A stretch of 64,000 bases of DNA. It comes from an uncultured Gammaproteobacteria bacterium (GTDB lineage: Bacteria; Patescibacteriota; Microgenomatia; Levybacterales; UBA12049). The stretch spans positions 81,597-145,596 of the forward strand of contig CAYYSJ010000003.1 of the NCBI GenBank assembly GCA_964474445.1, given 5' to 3'. This document shows, piece by piece, positions 34,257 to 44,638 of the stretch (the first letter of the stretch is position 1; each line of letters starts with the position of its first letter). Below the pieces are notes generated by a model, which saw only the letters and a list, made by a program, of their open reading frames with translations, was not told the origin of the DNA and did not search any database. The position numbers and the translations under genes were made by a program.

Positions 34257-35165
34257 TTACTCTTCTTCAGTTGGGGAGAGAGCGTCTTGTGTTTCTAACT
34301 TTTGCTCTGCTTGAATCATATCATCAATTTCTCCTTCCATGAGCTTTGGTAAGTTATGGAATGATTCTCCAAGTCGGTGGTCGGTAATTCTATCTTGAGG
34401 GAAGTTGTAGGTTTTTATTTTTTCATTTCTCATTCCTTTTCCCACTTGCGTGGAGCGAAGGGATCCTAATTCTTCATTTCGTTTCTCAAGTTCTATTTCC
34501 CACAATTTTGCTCGAAGCATTTCCATTGCGATTTCTCTATTTTGCCCTTGGAATCGTTCTGTTCGACACGTAACAACAATGCCAGTTGGTTTATGTTTGA
34601 GTCTCACTGCTGTTGAAACTTTATTGACATTTTGTCCTCCATGTCCGCCTGCTCGGAATGCCTCAAATTCCACATCATCTGGACTAATATATAAATCAAC
34701 ATCTTCTAACTCTGGAAGAACATAGACGGTTGCTGTGGAGGTGTGGACTCTACCTCTTTTTTCTGTTTCTGGAATTCGCTGGACTCTATGGACACCTGCT
34801 TCATATTTAAAAATACCGAATGCACCGTAGCCAAGGATCTTGATAACGTTATCATCCAATTGCTCAACTTTAAAACCTTTTAGCTGAGCATACCTCGTGT
34901 ACATACGCATCAATTCGTCTGCCCAGAGTTTGGCTTCTTCTCCGCCTGCTGCACCATTTGTTTCTAAAATTGCATTACGCTCATTGAGAGATTCACCATT
35001 ATCTTCCTCAGGCTTCAGTGTATCTTCAATGGCTTTCTTTTCTTCCTCAAGGCGGGTTATTTCATCTTGAGCCATTTCAGCCATGTCAGGATCAGTTAAA
35101 AGAAGCTTTGTCTCTTCAATTCTTCTTTCCAGGTCTGCAATTTGTATAAGTCGATAATCTTCCAT
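34257..35165 (-). CDS. prfA: Peptide chain release factor 1 (N-terminally shortened, 302 aa)
   Basis: GGQ motif ([12 protein letters not shown]) and PxT-type tripeptide ([14 protein letters not shown]), which marks RF1 rather than RF2 (SPF); no frameshift site. Confidence 0.8.
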   Translation of the reverse strand: MEDYRLIQIADLERRIEETKLLLTDPDMAEMAQDEITRLEEEKKAIEDTLKPEEDNGESLNERNAILETNGAAGGEEAKLWADELMRMYTRYAQLKGFKVEQLDDNVIKILGYGAFGIFKYEAGVHRVQRIPETEKRGRVHTSTATVYVLPELEDVDLYISPDDVEFEAFRAGGHGGQNVNKVSTAVRLKHKPTGIVVTCRTERFQGQNREIAMEMLRAKLWEIELEKRNEELGSLRSTQVGKGMRNEKIKTYNFPQDRITDHRLGESFHNLPKLMEGEIDDMIQAEQKLETQDALSPTEEE

Positions 35166-35236
35166 AATGGTATTATATCAGTGGAAAGGGTGAAGAGTAA
35201 GCGTTAAGGCATGTTCTTTACCCTTAACGTTTTGTG

Positions 35237-35536
35237 CTATTTAATAGCTGCAAGCATTTCTGCGAGGGATTTTGGAGCATTATCTCTCTTTGCTTTTTCT
35301 TCTTTCTTTTCTTGAATCTTTTGCTGGAATTCAAATTTCTTCTTCATTTTATGCTCAAAATTACTAATTCTTGAAGCTGAATCAACGAATCTTTGAGCAC
35401 CAGTGTAGAATGGGTGGCAATTACTGCACAATTCCACATGAATAGTTTCCTGAGTGGAGCCAAGAGTAAATTTAGTACCACAGGATGCACAGGTTACTGT
35501 TGCTTGAAAGTATTGTGGATGAATATTTGCCTTCAT
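35237..35536 (-). CDS. rpmE: 50S ribosomal protein L31
   Basis: MKANIHPQY...CASCGTKF...CSNCHPFYTG (zinc-ribbon type L31) with Lys/Glu-rich tail; ORF track extends further upstream to 35707 but the canonical start MKANIHP is at 35536. Confidence 0.85.
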   Translation of the reverse strand: MKANIHPQYFQATVTCASCGTKFTLGSTQETIHVELCSNCHPFYTGAQRFVDSASRISNFEHKMKKKFEFQQKIQEKKEEKAKRDNAPKSLAEMLAAIK

Positions 35537-35651
35537 AATGGGAATATTATACCAAAGGGAGGGGGAAAATACAATCTTCTTGTCACTCGAAACAATGTGA
35601 AGAATCTCATTTTTACATGATTTCTCTTTTTTTGTACTTTTGTCCTGAAAT

Positions 35652-36563
35652 TCATTTGCGGAGTAAATGATGGATATGGGGGTGAGATTTGTGATTTTCA
35701 GCAACATACATGCCTCCCAAGACTAAAAGAGACCCAATAAGGAAGAATACAGTGGGAACTTCATGGACAAGAGGCATGGCAATAAGAATAGAAACAGGGG
35801 GTTGGACATAGTCGAAAATAGCCGTGTCTGATGCAGAAACATACTTGAGAGCCCAGAAGAGTACAAACCAAGCAAAAAAAGAAGTGAAAAAAGCTCCATA
35901 GATAATACCTAGTATGCCTTGTAGGTTAAGGTGAGAAAGGAATCCATTCTGATAACTTTCCCATGCGACAAATGGATAAAACATGATTGATCCTAACATA
36001 AATATCCAAAAAATGAGTGTGATAGGGTGATATTTTTTGATGAGCTCTTTTACAAGAATTGTGTTGGCGACAGCGCCAATGGTAGAAAACACAAGAAGCA
36101 AATTGCCCAACACAGAAAACTTTCCGTTTGTTCCACTTCCTGATTCAAGAATAATCAGTAATACTCCGGTGAGGCCAATAAGGTTGCCAAGCAACATCTT
36201 TCGAGTTGGTCTTTCTTTAAGAAACAACATTGAGAGAATAATAAGGAATGCTGGTCCAGCACAAGCAATGATTGCAGCGTTGATACTGGCTGTATAATGA
36301 AGAGCGAGAAAATAGAGACCGATATTGATGATAATGCCCAAAAAGCTGGTAAGGAGTAATTTAGGCAGATCTTTTTTATCAATTATCAAATGATGGGGAA
36401 AGAGAACAATGATGATAACGGCTGGAATAAAGTAGCGTAAAAAAGCAAGAGTAAATGTTGGAACATCTTCAAGAGCCCATTTAAAGATAGGAGGACCTCC
36501 ACCCCAAATGATATTAGCAAGAATAAGAAAAATTACAGCAAGGTGGACTTTAGAGAATTTCAT
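35652..36563 (-). CDS. DMT-superfamily (EamA-like) transporter, 10 TM
   Basis: Two EamA-like halves of ~5 TM each; 303 aa. Confidence 0.7.
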   Translation of the reverse strand: MKFSKVHLAVIFLILANIIWGGGPPIFKWALEDVPTFTLAFLRYFIPAVIIIVLFPHHLIIDKKDLPKLLLTSFLGIIINIGLYFLALHYTASINAAIIACAGPAFLIILSMLFLKERPTRKMLLGNLIGLTGVLLIILESGSGTNGKFSVLGNLLLVFSTIGAVANTILVKELIKKYHPITLIFWIFMLGSIMFYPFVAWESYQNGFLSHLNLQGILGIIYGAFFTSFFAWFVLFWALKYVSASDTAIFDYVQPPVSILIAMPLVHEVPTVFFLIGSLLVLGGMYVAENHKSHPHIHHLLRK

Positions 36564-36627
36564 TGCTTCACTGTTTCATGGTTTCATTGTCGACAAATGA
36601 GACAATGATTCACTGGAACAATTATTA

Positions 36628-37854
36628 TTATTGAAGTAATGTAAGGAGTTCGTCAACAGATACTTTTTGCTGGGTTCGATCTGCCAAGTTTTTGAGGGTT
36701 ACTTTATCTTCGGCTGCCTCTTCAGGTCCAATGATGACAACATAAGGAATTTTCTTTGCATCAGCATATTTGAGTTGTTTTTCCAAAGGATTTTTTTCTT
36801 TAATTTCTCCAAGCCAGACCTCTGTGTTTATGGTACTTGTGCGTAGGCGAGAAGTAACCTCCAACGACTTTTGTTCAAGTCTTTTTTCAAAAATAGTTAC
36901 TAAGACTTTGGTTGAAGAGCTCGTCAGCTCTTGAGGGAATAAGTTAAGCTCTTCCATTGCTTCAAGTGTTCGATCAAATCCAAATGCGCAACCAACTGCT
37001 GGAATTTGCTGTCCTGCAAACATGCCAATGAGATTGTCATATCGTCCACCCCCACACACTGATCCAACTGGATACTCAGGAATTTCTACTTCAAAAATAA
37101 GACCAGTATAGTAGTCCAAACCTCGTGCTAGGGTAGGGGAATACTCAAGAAGATTACTATCAATATCCATTTCTGAAAGTTTTGCAAACACTTCTTCCAG
37201 TCTTTCAGACATTTTTGCATCCATAATTGATTGCAAGATATTTTTTGCTTCTTCTGAAGTTTTAGCAGTACCTCTTGCAACTAATTCTTCAACAACCCCA
37301 TCTTTCCCAATTTTTTTCAATTTATCAATGGTTGCAATAGCATCTGGCTCAAGACCTTCAAAAACCGTTCGATCGTTCAAAAGTACCTTTATATTCTTAA
37401 ACCCAAGTGCTTTGTACCCATCAATAACTGCTGCGACAATTTCAGCATCAGAGAGTGCAGAATTAACGCCAATAATATCAATGTCGCACTGCGTGAATTC
37501 TCGATAACGACCTCTTTGTGTGTTATCAGCTCTATACACATTTTGCATTTGATATCGTTTGAAAGGGACAGGGAGTGTTGCCTGGTATTGTGCAACAACG
37601 CGGGCGGTTGGAACCGTCTGGTCGTATCTCATAGCAACTTTTCGGCCACCATTATCTTCAAATCGATACATTAATTTGTCGCCTTCTTCGCCATATTTTC
37701 CAGTGAGAATTTCTTCATATTCCAGAACAGGAGTCTCAAGCGGTTCAAAACCATATGACTCAAACACTTTTTTCAAAGCATTTTTGACATAGTCTCTTTT
37801 CCGAGCTTCTCTTCCTAAAAAATCCCGAAATCCTTTTAGCGTTTGTATTTGCAT
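36628..37854 (-). CDS. hisS: Histidine--tRNA ligase
   Basis: Class II aaRS motifs (FRDFLG, MYRFEDNGGRKVAMRYDQTVPTAR, GGGRYDNL) and C-terminal anticodon-binding domain. Confidence 0.9.
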   Translation of the reverse strand: MQIQTLKGFRDFLGREARKRDYVKNALKKVFESYGFEPLETPVLEYEEILTGKYGEEGDKLMYRFEDNGGRKVAMRYDQTVPTARVVAQYQATLPVPFKRYQMQNVYRADNTQRGRYREFTQCDIDIIGVNSALSDAEIVAAVIDGYKALGFKNIKVLLNDRTVFEGLEPDAIATIDKLKKIGKDGVVEELVARGTAKTSEEAKNILQSIMDAKMSERLEEVFAKLSEMDIDSNLLEYSPTLARGLDYYTGLIFEVEIPEYPVGSVCGGGRYDNLIGMFAGQQIPAVGCAFGFDRTLEAMEELNLFPQELTSSSTKVLVTIFEKRLEQKSLEVTSRLRTSTINTEVWLGEIKEKNPLEKQLKYADAKKIPYVVIIGPEEAAEDKVTLKNLADRTQQKVSVDELLTLLQ

Positions 37855-37859
37855 AACTT

Positions 37860-38981
37860 CTATAATAGCATATTTGCCAGATATTCTTCTAGGATTGATT
37901 CAGCTTGATGTATGGAGGTGATTTCAACATATTCATTTGTGCTGTGAGCTTTTTCGATTGGTCCAGGTCCGAAAACGGCTGCATCACAGTCCCATGCTTT
38001 CTGAAACAACTGTACTTCATAAAATCCAGCAGTATTAACATCTCGATAGACAACAGGAAGATTCCTTTTCTTTATAGCTTCTTCAAATACTTTTAACTTT
38101 TCTTGAGGTGTAAAGAACATATCAAGAAAAAATTTGAAAGAAATATTTTTTACTTTTACTTTTTCTTTTTTGGCTATCGTATGTAACACAGATACTATTC
38201 TTTTTTGTGTAATTTTATTATTGCCAATACGTATTTCACAATTTGCTCTAGCAAAATCAGGAACAACCATTCCTAGTTTACTGATAACAGGCTTATTGTT
38301 TTGCATATTTTGTAAAACCCCTCCATCTAAAGACGATAAGTTAAGAGATGTGCTTATTTTGTTATCTAACTTCTGCAATTCTTTTTCAAGCTTTTGAACC
38401 AATACGACAGTCTTTTCTATTGCATTGATACCTAAATACTTTCTACTTGCATGTGCTGCTTTTCCATATATATCAAAAGAAAACTCAGTTATTCCTCGAC
38501 AGCCATTAGTTATCATAAGATTTGTTGGCTCTAGATTAATAATCAACTCAGGTTTCCATTTATACTTTTCAACTAGTTTAAAGGATCCCTTAAATGCATA
38601 TTCTTCATCGCAAGTAAAAACATACGCAATTTTATTTGACTCAATCTTTGTTGCCAGCGAAAGCATAATTGCCAAACCGGCTTTCATATCAACAGCACCT
38701 AATCCAAATAATTTATCTCCAACAATTCTTGATTGAAGAGGTTGATTTGTTTGTTCCTTAGGAAGAACTGTATCCATATGTCCTAAAAGAACAATCTGTG
38801 GATTTTTTGTATTTCCGAATATGAGATTCTTTCTTTTCCCTTCAACTATTTGTGTCTCAACCGTATAATTAAGGTTTTGGAAGTAATTTAACACAAATTT
38901 TATAACTTCAAACTCATTGACATTTTCATCAACAAAAGAGGGCATAGTAATAAGTTTTTTTGCTATATGTACTGTTTTCAT
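37860..38981 (-). CDS. M20-family metallopeptidase (ArgE/DapE/CPG2-like)
   Basis: LLGHMDTV, GAVDMKAG, CDEE, NLEPT, HSTNEYV metal-binding motifs. Confidence 0.8.
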   Translation of the reverse strand: MKTVHIAKKLITMPSFVDENVNEFEVIKFVLNYFQNLNYTVETQIVEGKRKNLIFGNTKNPQIVLLGHMDTVLPKEQTNQPLQSRIVGDKLFGLGAVDMKAGLAIMLSLATKIESNKIAYVFTCDEEYAFKGSFKLVEKYKWKPELIINLEPTNLMITNGCRGITEFSFDIYGKAAHASRKYLGINAIEKTVVLVQKLEKELQKLDNKISTSLNLSSLDGGVLQNMQNNKPVISKLGMVVPDFARANCEIRIGNNKITQKRIVSVLHTIAKKEKVKVKNISFKFFLDMFFTPQEKLKVFEEAIKKRNLPVVYRDVNTAGFYEVQLFQKAWDCDAAVFGPGPIEKAHSTNEYVEITSIHQAESILEEYLANMLL

Positions 38982-40174
38982 AATAAAGATATATTTTTTA
39001 CTTTGGCACGTACTTCAAACATACTTCCTGAGTGCTTTACTGAAATAACATCTCCCGTTGGTTGATATACGGTCTCAATACCAAGTAAAATATTGAGGGC
39101 AATACTCCCTGAACCACATGATGTCTCTTTTACAAGTGAACGTGTTTCCTTTACATAGATAAGCGGTGATAGCCTTCCATCTTTGTATGAAATCGAACCA
39201 AATGCTGGCACATTAAATTCTTTACAAAAAGAATCTAACATACTATCCAGTATCTTCTTTTGATTTTCTGAATAAATAAATCCTATTCCAGGAAGTATGA
39301 CCAAGTTATTAAATGTTTTATAGGTAAGAGGTATTTGTATGATTGTCTGGTTCTTCTTATTATTATAATAAATCTTTTCTTTTACACCACTTGTTCTAAG
39401 TATTCCTTTTTTGCCGAGCATAGAAGCAAAGGCGAGTGTTGCGTTAATACAGAGTTCATTGCCCATCATGGTCAGAGTAGGAAAGGGTTCATATGAGATA
39501 AAACCAATTTGTTCTACTTTGCCAAGTGATCTTTTGACTATCTCATTTTTTCGTTGAAAGTCGTTTGTGAGAAGTGTTGTGTTGCCACCAGCTATACGGA
39601 ATATTCTTTCTGTAATGTTTTGTGTCGGTATCCCAACTTGTTCTGCAGGGAATATATCAGTTGAATAACTATCTCCAATCACTAAAGCGCTTTGAGGCAT
39701 TATAGAAAATCTGGTAAGTATAGATGCGTAAATAAATGGTGAGCATGTCCATTTTAAAGGGAATTCTTCTGGTCTTTTCCATCCAATAATTTCACTAAAA
39801 TCAGTTAAATCAAATCCAGTTTTCAATAACAATTTCTTTGCTAATTTGAGAGGGGATCCGGTATAAATAACTTTTCTGGCAGGAAGGCTTTTAATTTTTT
39901 GTACTAAATAAGGATTTTTCTCTATCAAATCCAGAGAAAGTCTCTCAAGTCTGTCCGCCCATTTCGAGTAAGGAATGTTAAGAGTGGGGAGTGCAAGCTC
40001 ACCTCTCCCTTGTAGGTTTTTTCGGCAATACGCCAATACCTCCAACCCTTTTTCTCCTCGCAACTCTTTAACTAAATCATTCAGCGATTGAGAATAAACT
40101 GTTTTATAAAACAATGGATTTTGAATGAGGGTTCCATCTAGATCAAGAATAATAAGTTTACTATCATTTTTCAT
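38978..40174 (-). CDS. Two-domain protein: N-terminal HAD-superfamily hydrolase + C-terminal ~200-aa Cys-containing domain of uncertain affinity
   Basis: HAD motifs I (ILDLDGT), II (YTGS), IV (GDSYSTD); C-terminal motifs GNELCINATLA and ETSCGSGSIALN (weakly DapF-like). Confidence 0.5.
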   Translation of the reverse strand: MKNDSKLIILDLDGTLIQNPLFYKTVYSQSLNDLVKELRGEKGLEVLAYCRKNLQGRGELALPTLNIPYSKWADRLERLSLDLIEKNPYLVQKIKSLPARKVIYTGSPLKLAKKLLLKTGFDLTDFSEIIGWKRPEEFPLKWTCSPFIYASILTRFSIMPQSALVIGDSYSTDIFPAEQVGIPTQNITERIFRIAGGNTTLLTNDFQRKNEIVKRSLGKVEQIGFISYEPFPTLTMMGNELCINATLAFASMLGKKGILRTSGVKEKIYYNNKKNQTIIQIPLTYKTFNNLVILPGIGFIYSENQKKILDSMLDSFCKEFNVPAFGSISYKDGRLSPLIYVKETRSLVKETSCGSGSIALNILLGIETVYQPTGDVISVKHSGSMFEVRAKVKNISLL

Positions 40175-40175
40175 A

Positions 40176-41087
40176 TTAACTCCTTTCTAACAGGTATAAA
40201 ACTTTTTTATAAAAAGCCTTGGCATTCACTGACATGACAACGTTTACATTCGCTCTACTTGAATCAAAAATTGTTTTCCCTCTTTCATCTCCAACTAAAA
40301 CAACAGAAATTCCAGTTTGGGTTTCTTTATTAATTGCAGATGGTGTAGAGAGAAGAAAAACACTTAAAGGATCATAGAAAGATGAAAAATCCCCATTGTT
40401 ACTTATAATTATTTCTTTAAGAATTTGTGCTTCTTTTGACTTTACGCTAGTTTTTCTTACTTTCTCGGAAAATTCATTCGTTGCTGGGACAGCATCTGTT
40501 GCATCAATACCGACCATAGTTATTGGTATTTTTGATTCAAATACTGTTTGAGCGGCTTCGGGGTCAAGGAAAATATTGTATTCCGCAGCAAAGGTAGGGG
40601 GAACATTTCCTCTTTTTATACCTCCTCCCATCATGAATATTTGTATTTGAGAAGTAAATGCATCACCATATTTTTGTATTGTCTTTGCAATATTAGTAAG
40701 CGGGCCTAGTGCAAGAATAATTGCTTTTTGATTTTTCGTTTTTTCAAATATAAAATTCTCTATAGGAATTGTAATTCCCGGTGATTTGCTTTGTTTGATT
40801 GGTAGTTTTTTTAACAAAGTTAACCTGTTTGCTCGTTGAGTATCATATTGAGGGAAACAGGCATTTTTCTCTTTTATTGCCTTCGTAGAACCTAGACAAA
40901 TAGGAAAAGATACATCTAGAAAATTCAGTAGAGAATTGAGATTTCTTACCCCATTTTCTTTTGTTGCCACTCCATTAACAGTAGATATGCCGATAATTTT
41001 GAATTGCCTTTTCAGTAAGAGGTATGCAATTGCCATAATATCATCATTTCCCATGTCTGTATCAATAAAAAGATTTTGTTTTTTCAT
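40176..41087 (-). CDS. Inosine-uridine-preferring nucleoside hydrolase family protein
   Basis: N-terminal DTDMGNDD aspartate cluster (DxDxxxDD); strong SD AAAGGAGAAT. Confidence 0.85.
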   Translation of the reverse strand: MKKQNLFIDTDMGNDDIMAIAYLLLKRQFKIIGISTVNGVATKENGVRNLNSLLNFLDVSFPICLGSTKAIKEKNACFPQYDTQRANRLTLLKKLPIKQSKSPGITIPIENFIFEKTKNQKAIILALGPLTNIAKTIQKYGDAFTSQIQIFMMGGGIKRGNVPPTFAAEYNIFLDPEAAQTVFESKIPITMVGIDATDAVPATNEFSEKVRKTSVKSKEAQILKEIIISNNGDFSSFYDPLSVFLLSTPSAINKETQTGISVVLVGDERGKTIFDSSRANVNVVMSVNAKAFYKKVLYLLERS

Positions 41088-41100
41088 ATTCTCCTTTTCA

Positions 41101-41122
41101 TAAAAAAACCCCGCTTAGCGGG
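41101..41122 (-). terminator. Rho-independent terminator (minus strand) downstream of TrpR-like gene, just upstream of nucleoside hydrolase RBS
   Basis: Minus-strand reading CCCCGC-uaa-GCGGGG followed by UUUUUUU. Confidence 0.6.
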
Positions 41123-41234
41123 GTAAGTTCTTTTGTAACACATGAACACTACTCCGCCGAAAGGGGAGTATGGTGTACTTTTTTGTTATTAGTTATTTGT
41201 TTACTGTTCATAGTATTATTTGTAGAATGACAAA

Positions 41235-41525
41235 TTATTTAGTTTTATTTAGACGTTTTAGCATAAGTAGGTACCCGCCCATGCCTTTTTCTTTCCATTT
41301 CTGAATTCGTGCAATCGTAGTGCTGCTCATACCTGTTTGCCTGGTAATCTCTTCATAAGGAACTTTATCCTCAAGAAGACGAGCTACTTTCCAGCGATTT
41401 GCAAATTCTTTAATTTCTGCTTCAGTGAGTAAATCGCGCAAGAACTTTCTACATTCATCAACTGTTTTTAGTTTTAGAAACGTTTTAAACAATACCTCTG
41501 TGTCTTGTGAATGTAAAAAATCCAT
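41235..41525 (-). CDS. TrpR-like (YerC/YecD family) small DNA-binding protein
   Basis: 96 aa; ...LLTEAEIKEFANRWKVARLLEDKVPYEEITRQTGMSSTTIARI... typical of Trp-repressor-like YerC/YecD. Confidence 0.65.
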   Translation of the reverse strand: MDFLHSQDTEVLFKTFLKLKTVDECRKFLRDLLTEAEIKEFANRWKVARLLEDKVPYEEITRQTGMSSTTIARIQKWKEKGMGGYLLMLKRLNKTK

Positions 41526-41616
41526 ACTTTATTAAACTAAAGCATAAGCATCATACCACTTTACTTAACTAAAGTCAAGATAGAGGTTTAATTGGGTTTA
41601 TTTAAAATGTTATCGA

Positions 41617-42615
41617 CTATCTTTCTTCCAAGAAGTGGTGGGCGATAGAGTGGAGGATAACAAAGAGCACTGCAAAAATAGGCACAGCAAAGATAACACC
41701 AAACCCTCCCGCAATTTTATATCCAATAAAGAAGGAGAGAAGAACAATCACTGGATGAAGTTGTAATGCTTGTCCCAACAAACGAGGGCCAATAATATTA
41801 AAGACAATTTGTTGCATAGCAAGGAGGGTAATGAGGACCAATAAGCCTCGTACGGGATCAATAAAAAAAGCAATGGCAAATGGTGGAATCAGAGCAAGAA
41901 TACCACCAATCATTGGAATAACAGTTAACAGTCCTGAAATAAGACCTGTGGATGCTGCAAAATCAACACCAAATGCGGTCATAATAAGCCATGTTGCAAT
42001 GCCAGCAATGAAAGCAAAAATAATTTGCATACGAATAAAAGATCCAAACGTACTATCAATCACGTCTTGTAAATACTGTGCCTGTCCATGCCATCGTTTT
42101 GGAAGCAGACTATACAGTTCTTTATTCATGCGTTCTTTGTCCAACACAAAATAAAAAGAAACAATAAGGACCATAAAGGTTGAGAATAAAAATCCTGCAA
42201 CAGAGGGGAGGAAAGAAAGCGCATTATCAACAAAGGCAACTCCTACATCAGTCAACCGGTGAACATAGTAAGGAAATGAAGCTTGATATTTTGGTAATAC
42301 TTTAGAAAGTGTTTGAATTTGTACGACAACAACAGGAATAAAAAGCGAAACAGCTGCTGCTAATACACCGAAAAAGAGAAGATAAATCAGTGTCGCAGAC
42401 CAAATTTTGGGCAGGCGAGCAACCTGAGATACTTTTTCTACAAATGGTCCAAGAATAAAACTTAACACCCATGCAGTAAAGAGAATAATAATAACATCAG
42501 AGAAAAACGTTACACCAAGCCACACCCATTGGAATAAATAAAAGGAGATGGCAATAATACCAAGAATAAGAAGTGTTGTTACTAAGCCTTTTTGTTTTCT
42601 AAATTCATCAAGCAT
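41617..42615 (-). CDS. AI-2E family transporter (PerM-like)
   Basis: 332 aa, ~8 TM, central hydrophilic loop; topology and length fit AI-2E/UPF0118. Confidence 0.6.
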   Translation of the reverse strand: MLDEFRKQKGLVTTLLILGIIAISFYLFQWVWLGVTFFSDVIIILFTAWVLSFILGPFVEKVSQVARLPKIWSATLIYLLFFGVLAAAVSLFIPVVVVQIQTLSKVLPKYQASFPYYVHRLTDVGVAFVDNALSFLPSVAGFLFSTFMVLIVSFYFVLDKERMNKELYSLLPKRWHGQAQYLQDVIDSTFGSFIRMQIIFAFIAGIATWLIMTAFGVDFAASTGLISGLLTVIPMIGGILALIPPFAIAFFIDPVRGLLVLITLLAMQQIVFNIIGPRLLGQALQLHPVIVLLSFFIGYKIAGGFGVIFAVPIFAVLFVILHSIAHHFLEER

Positions 42616-42689
42616 GATTGATTGTGAGTAAATAAAGGGGATGCAATTTTGTTTACACTACCCCTCCTTTTATGGTAATAAAAGTAGTG

Positions 42690-43781
42690 CTAGATTACAA
42701 GAAGTTTTTTATCTGAATGAGTAAGTTGTCTAATGCCTTTTTCTTCCAAAACAAACATATCTTCAATTCTTACTCCACCAAATCCTGCTTCATACACACC
42801 AGGTTCAATAGTAAATACCATACCTTCTTCTAAGTTGTCTTTTCCGTACCGTGAAAGGGTGGGGGCTTCGTGCACTTCCAGTCCTATGCCATGACCTAAT
42901 GCATGAGGATAGGATGAATACCCTTTATCTTCAATAACCTTTCGTGCGGCATCATCGATTGTTTTGGCAGAAATCGACCGTTCACCACTATCCCACAACT
43001 CTTGAATAAGAGAGATTGCTTTTTCCTGTGACGCAAGCGTTAACTGATGCATCTCTTTTTGTTTGTCATTGGGAGTACCAAGAAAAACAGTGCGACTCAT
43101 ATCTGAAAGATAGGAATCAACCGTTGCCATAAAATCAAACAACACAAAACTATTGCGAGAAAGTTTCTCTTCACCAGTCATATGGTGTGGAACAGCAGCA
43201 TTTTCACCAAAGGCGACGATGGCCTGATGAGGAATTGTACCACCATGATCAATAATGTATTGTTCAAGCTTCCTCCCTAATTCGAGTTCTGAAATTCCTT
43301 CATGAATATGATCAAGGATAAAAGAGAGTGCCTCATCCGATACCTTACATGCTTTTTCAATTGCTGCAATCTCCTTCGCATCTTTCTTCATACGAAGTGT
43401 TCGAAGAGGGATAGGAACTAGTTCTAATTTTTTATCAGTGAAATCCCAATATTCACCAACACGAAGGTCATACTCTTCAAAACCAATCTTTTGAATTCCT
43501 TCTTTTGTAGCGGTTTCCAACACATGCTCTGTGTACCATTTCTCTGGTGTTGTCTCCAAAAGCGTAATATCTGGTGTATATTTTTTCACAGCACCACTAT
43601 ATAACGGACTGGTAATAAGATAGGCATTTGTGGGAGTAATAAAATAATAACCGTCATGATCTTTCAAAAATCTATTAAATCCTGAGAGATAGTGAATATT
43701 AATGTTTGAGGAAACAAGAAATGCATCAACATGATAGTGTTTCAAAATGGATCGTAAGTGTTCAAGACGAGAGGGATTCAT
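42690..43781 (-). CDS. M24-family Xaa-Pro aminopeptidase/dipeptidase (PepP/PepQ-like)
   Basis: Pita-bread fold motifs ...DSYLSDMSRTVFLG..., HGIGLEVHEAP, FTIEPGVY, RIEDMFVL. Confidence 0.85.
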   Translation of the reverse strand: MNPSRLEHLRSILKHYHVDAFLVSSNINIHYLSGFNRFLKDHDGYYFITPTNAYLITSPLYSGAVKKYTPDITLLETTPEKWYTEHVLETATKEGIQKIGFEEYDLRVGEYWDFTDKKLELVPIPLRTLRMKKDAKEIAAIEKACKVSDEALSFILDHIHEGISELELGRKLEQYIIDHGGTIPHQAIVAFGENAAVPHHMTGEEKLSRNSFVLFDFMATVDSYLSDMSRTVFLGTPNDKQKEMHQLTLASQEKAISLIQELWDSGERSISAKTIDDAARKVIEDKGYSSYPHALGHGIGLEVHEAPTLSRYGKDNLEEGMVFTIEPGVYEAGFGGVRIEDMFVLEEKGIRQLTHSDKKLLVI

Positions 43782-43825
43782 ACTTGTTTCATTGTATCAT
43801 ACCTAATGTTGCTTTTATCTTGTAG

Positions 43826-44638
43826 TTACCTTGTCAGAGGAGTGAGTTTTTTGCCGCTTCCAGTGGAAGGAGTAACTGGGGCAATATCTTCTTGTTTGAT
43901 AAGGACAATGCTTGGGTTAATAGGAAGACTTGGGAAAACAGTAATGCGAGATGCGACGATTTTCGTTGGATCTTGTTTGTCAACAAATCCAACAACCATC
44001 ACTCGCTGTTTTTCTTGTAGTTTAGAAAATCCTGAATGAAGGACTCCGTCTTCTTTTGTATATGACAATGTTTTTGTGAGGTTTTCAACATCAATTGTCC
44101 ATTGATCATTTGTTGGCGTTATAAGTTTAAAATTATAATTTGGTTTATCAAGAGACAGAATGGCTCCACTCAGAATAATTGGGTTTGCAGAAACATCTAC
44201 CCACCGTGCTAACAGATGTCTAGATTCCTTATTATAAAGGCCAATGACTCCGATAGTCATATCTTTTTTAATATCTGAAATACCAAAAGAACCTTTGGCA
44301 TCAGGGGAAGAGAATTTCGTGAGTTCGTCAACGTCAATAATGCGGATAGATCCTTGCATATCAGTAATGGTCAGTTGGGTATCTGTCACATCAGTGACTT
44401 TTCCCATAATGCCACGCTTATCAACCAGTTTTAATTGTGCTACTCGGGATGCGATTCGCTCTTTCAGACTATTGATTTGTTGTTCTAGTTTATTTGCTGA
44501 ACTACTGGGGTTAGGACTAACACTTGGAGTAGGGCTTGTTTGGGCAACAACAATGGAAGGCATTCCTGCGAGAAGTAAGGAAGTACTGAGTATTGTAATA
44601 GCAAGAAATTGTTTCATATTAAAAATTTTCTGCTGCAT
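43826..44638 (-). CDS. Secreted hypothetical protein (signal peptide, 270 aa)
   Basis: N-terminal MKQFLAITILSTSLLLAGMPSIVVAQ; Ser/Pro linker; no motif recognised. Confidence 0.5.
   Translation of the reverse strand: MQQKIFNMKQFLAITILSTSLLLAGMPSIVVAQTSPTPSVSPNPSSSANKLEQQINSLKERIASRVAQLKLVDKRGIMGKVTDVTDTQLTITDMQGSIRIIDVDELTKFSSPDAKGSFGISDIKKDMTIGVIGLYNKESRHLLARWVDVSANPIILSGAILSLDKPNYNFKLITPTNDQWTIDVENLTKTLSYTKEDGVLHSGFSKLQEKQRVMVVGFVDKQDPTKIVASRITVFPSLPINPSIVLIKQEDIAPVTPSTGSGKKLTPLTR

Noticed and set aside
34257-35165. Possibility that the release-factor gene is prfB with a programmed +1 frameshift
   Set aside because: The protein has the RF1-type PxT tripeptide (PET) rather than SPF, and a single uninterrupted reading frame. 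It is called prfA instead.
35537-35707. N-terminal 57-codon extension of the L31 ORF in the ORF track (MLLKITNL...)
   Set aside because: The conserved L31 start MKANIHPQY is at 35536. The extension overlaps the 3' end of the EamA gene region and has no conservation signal.
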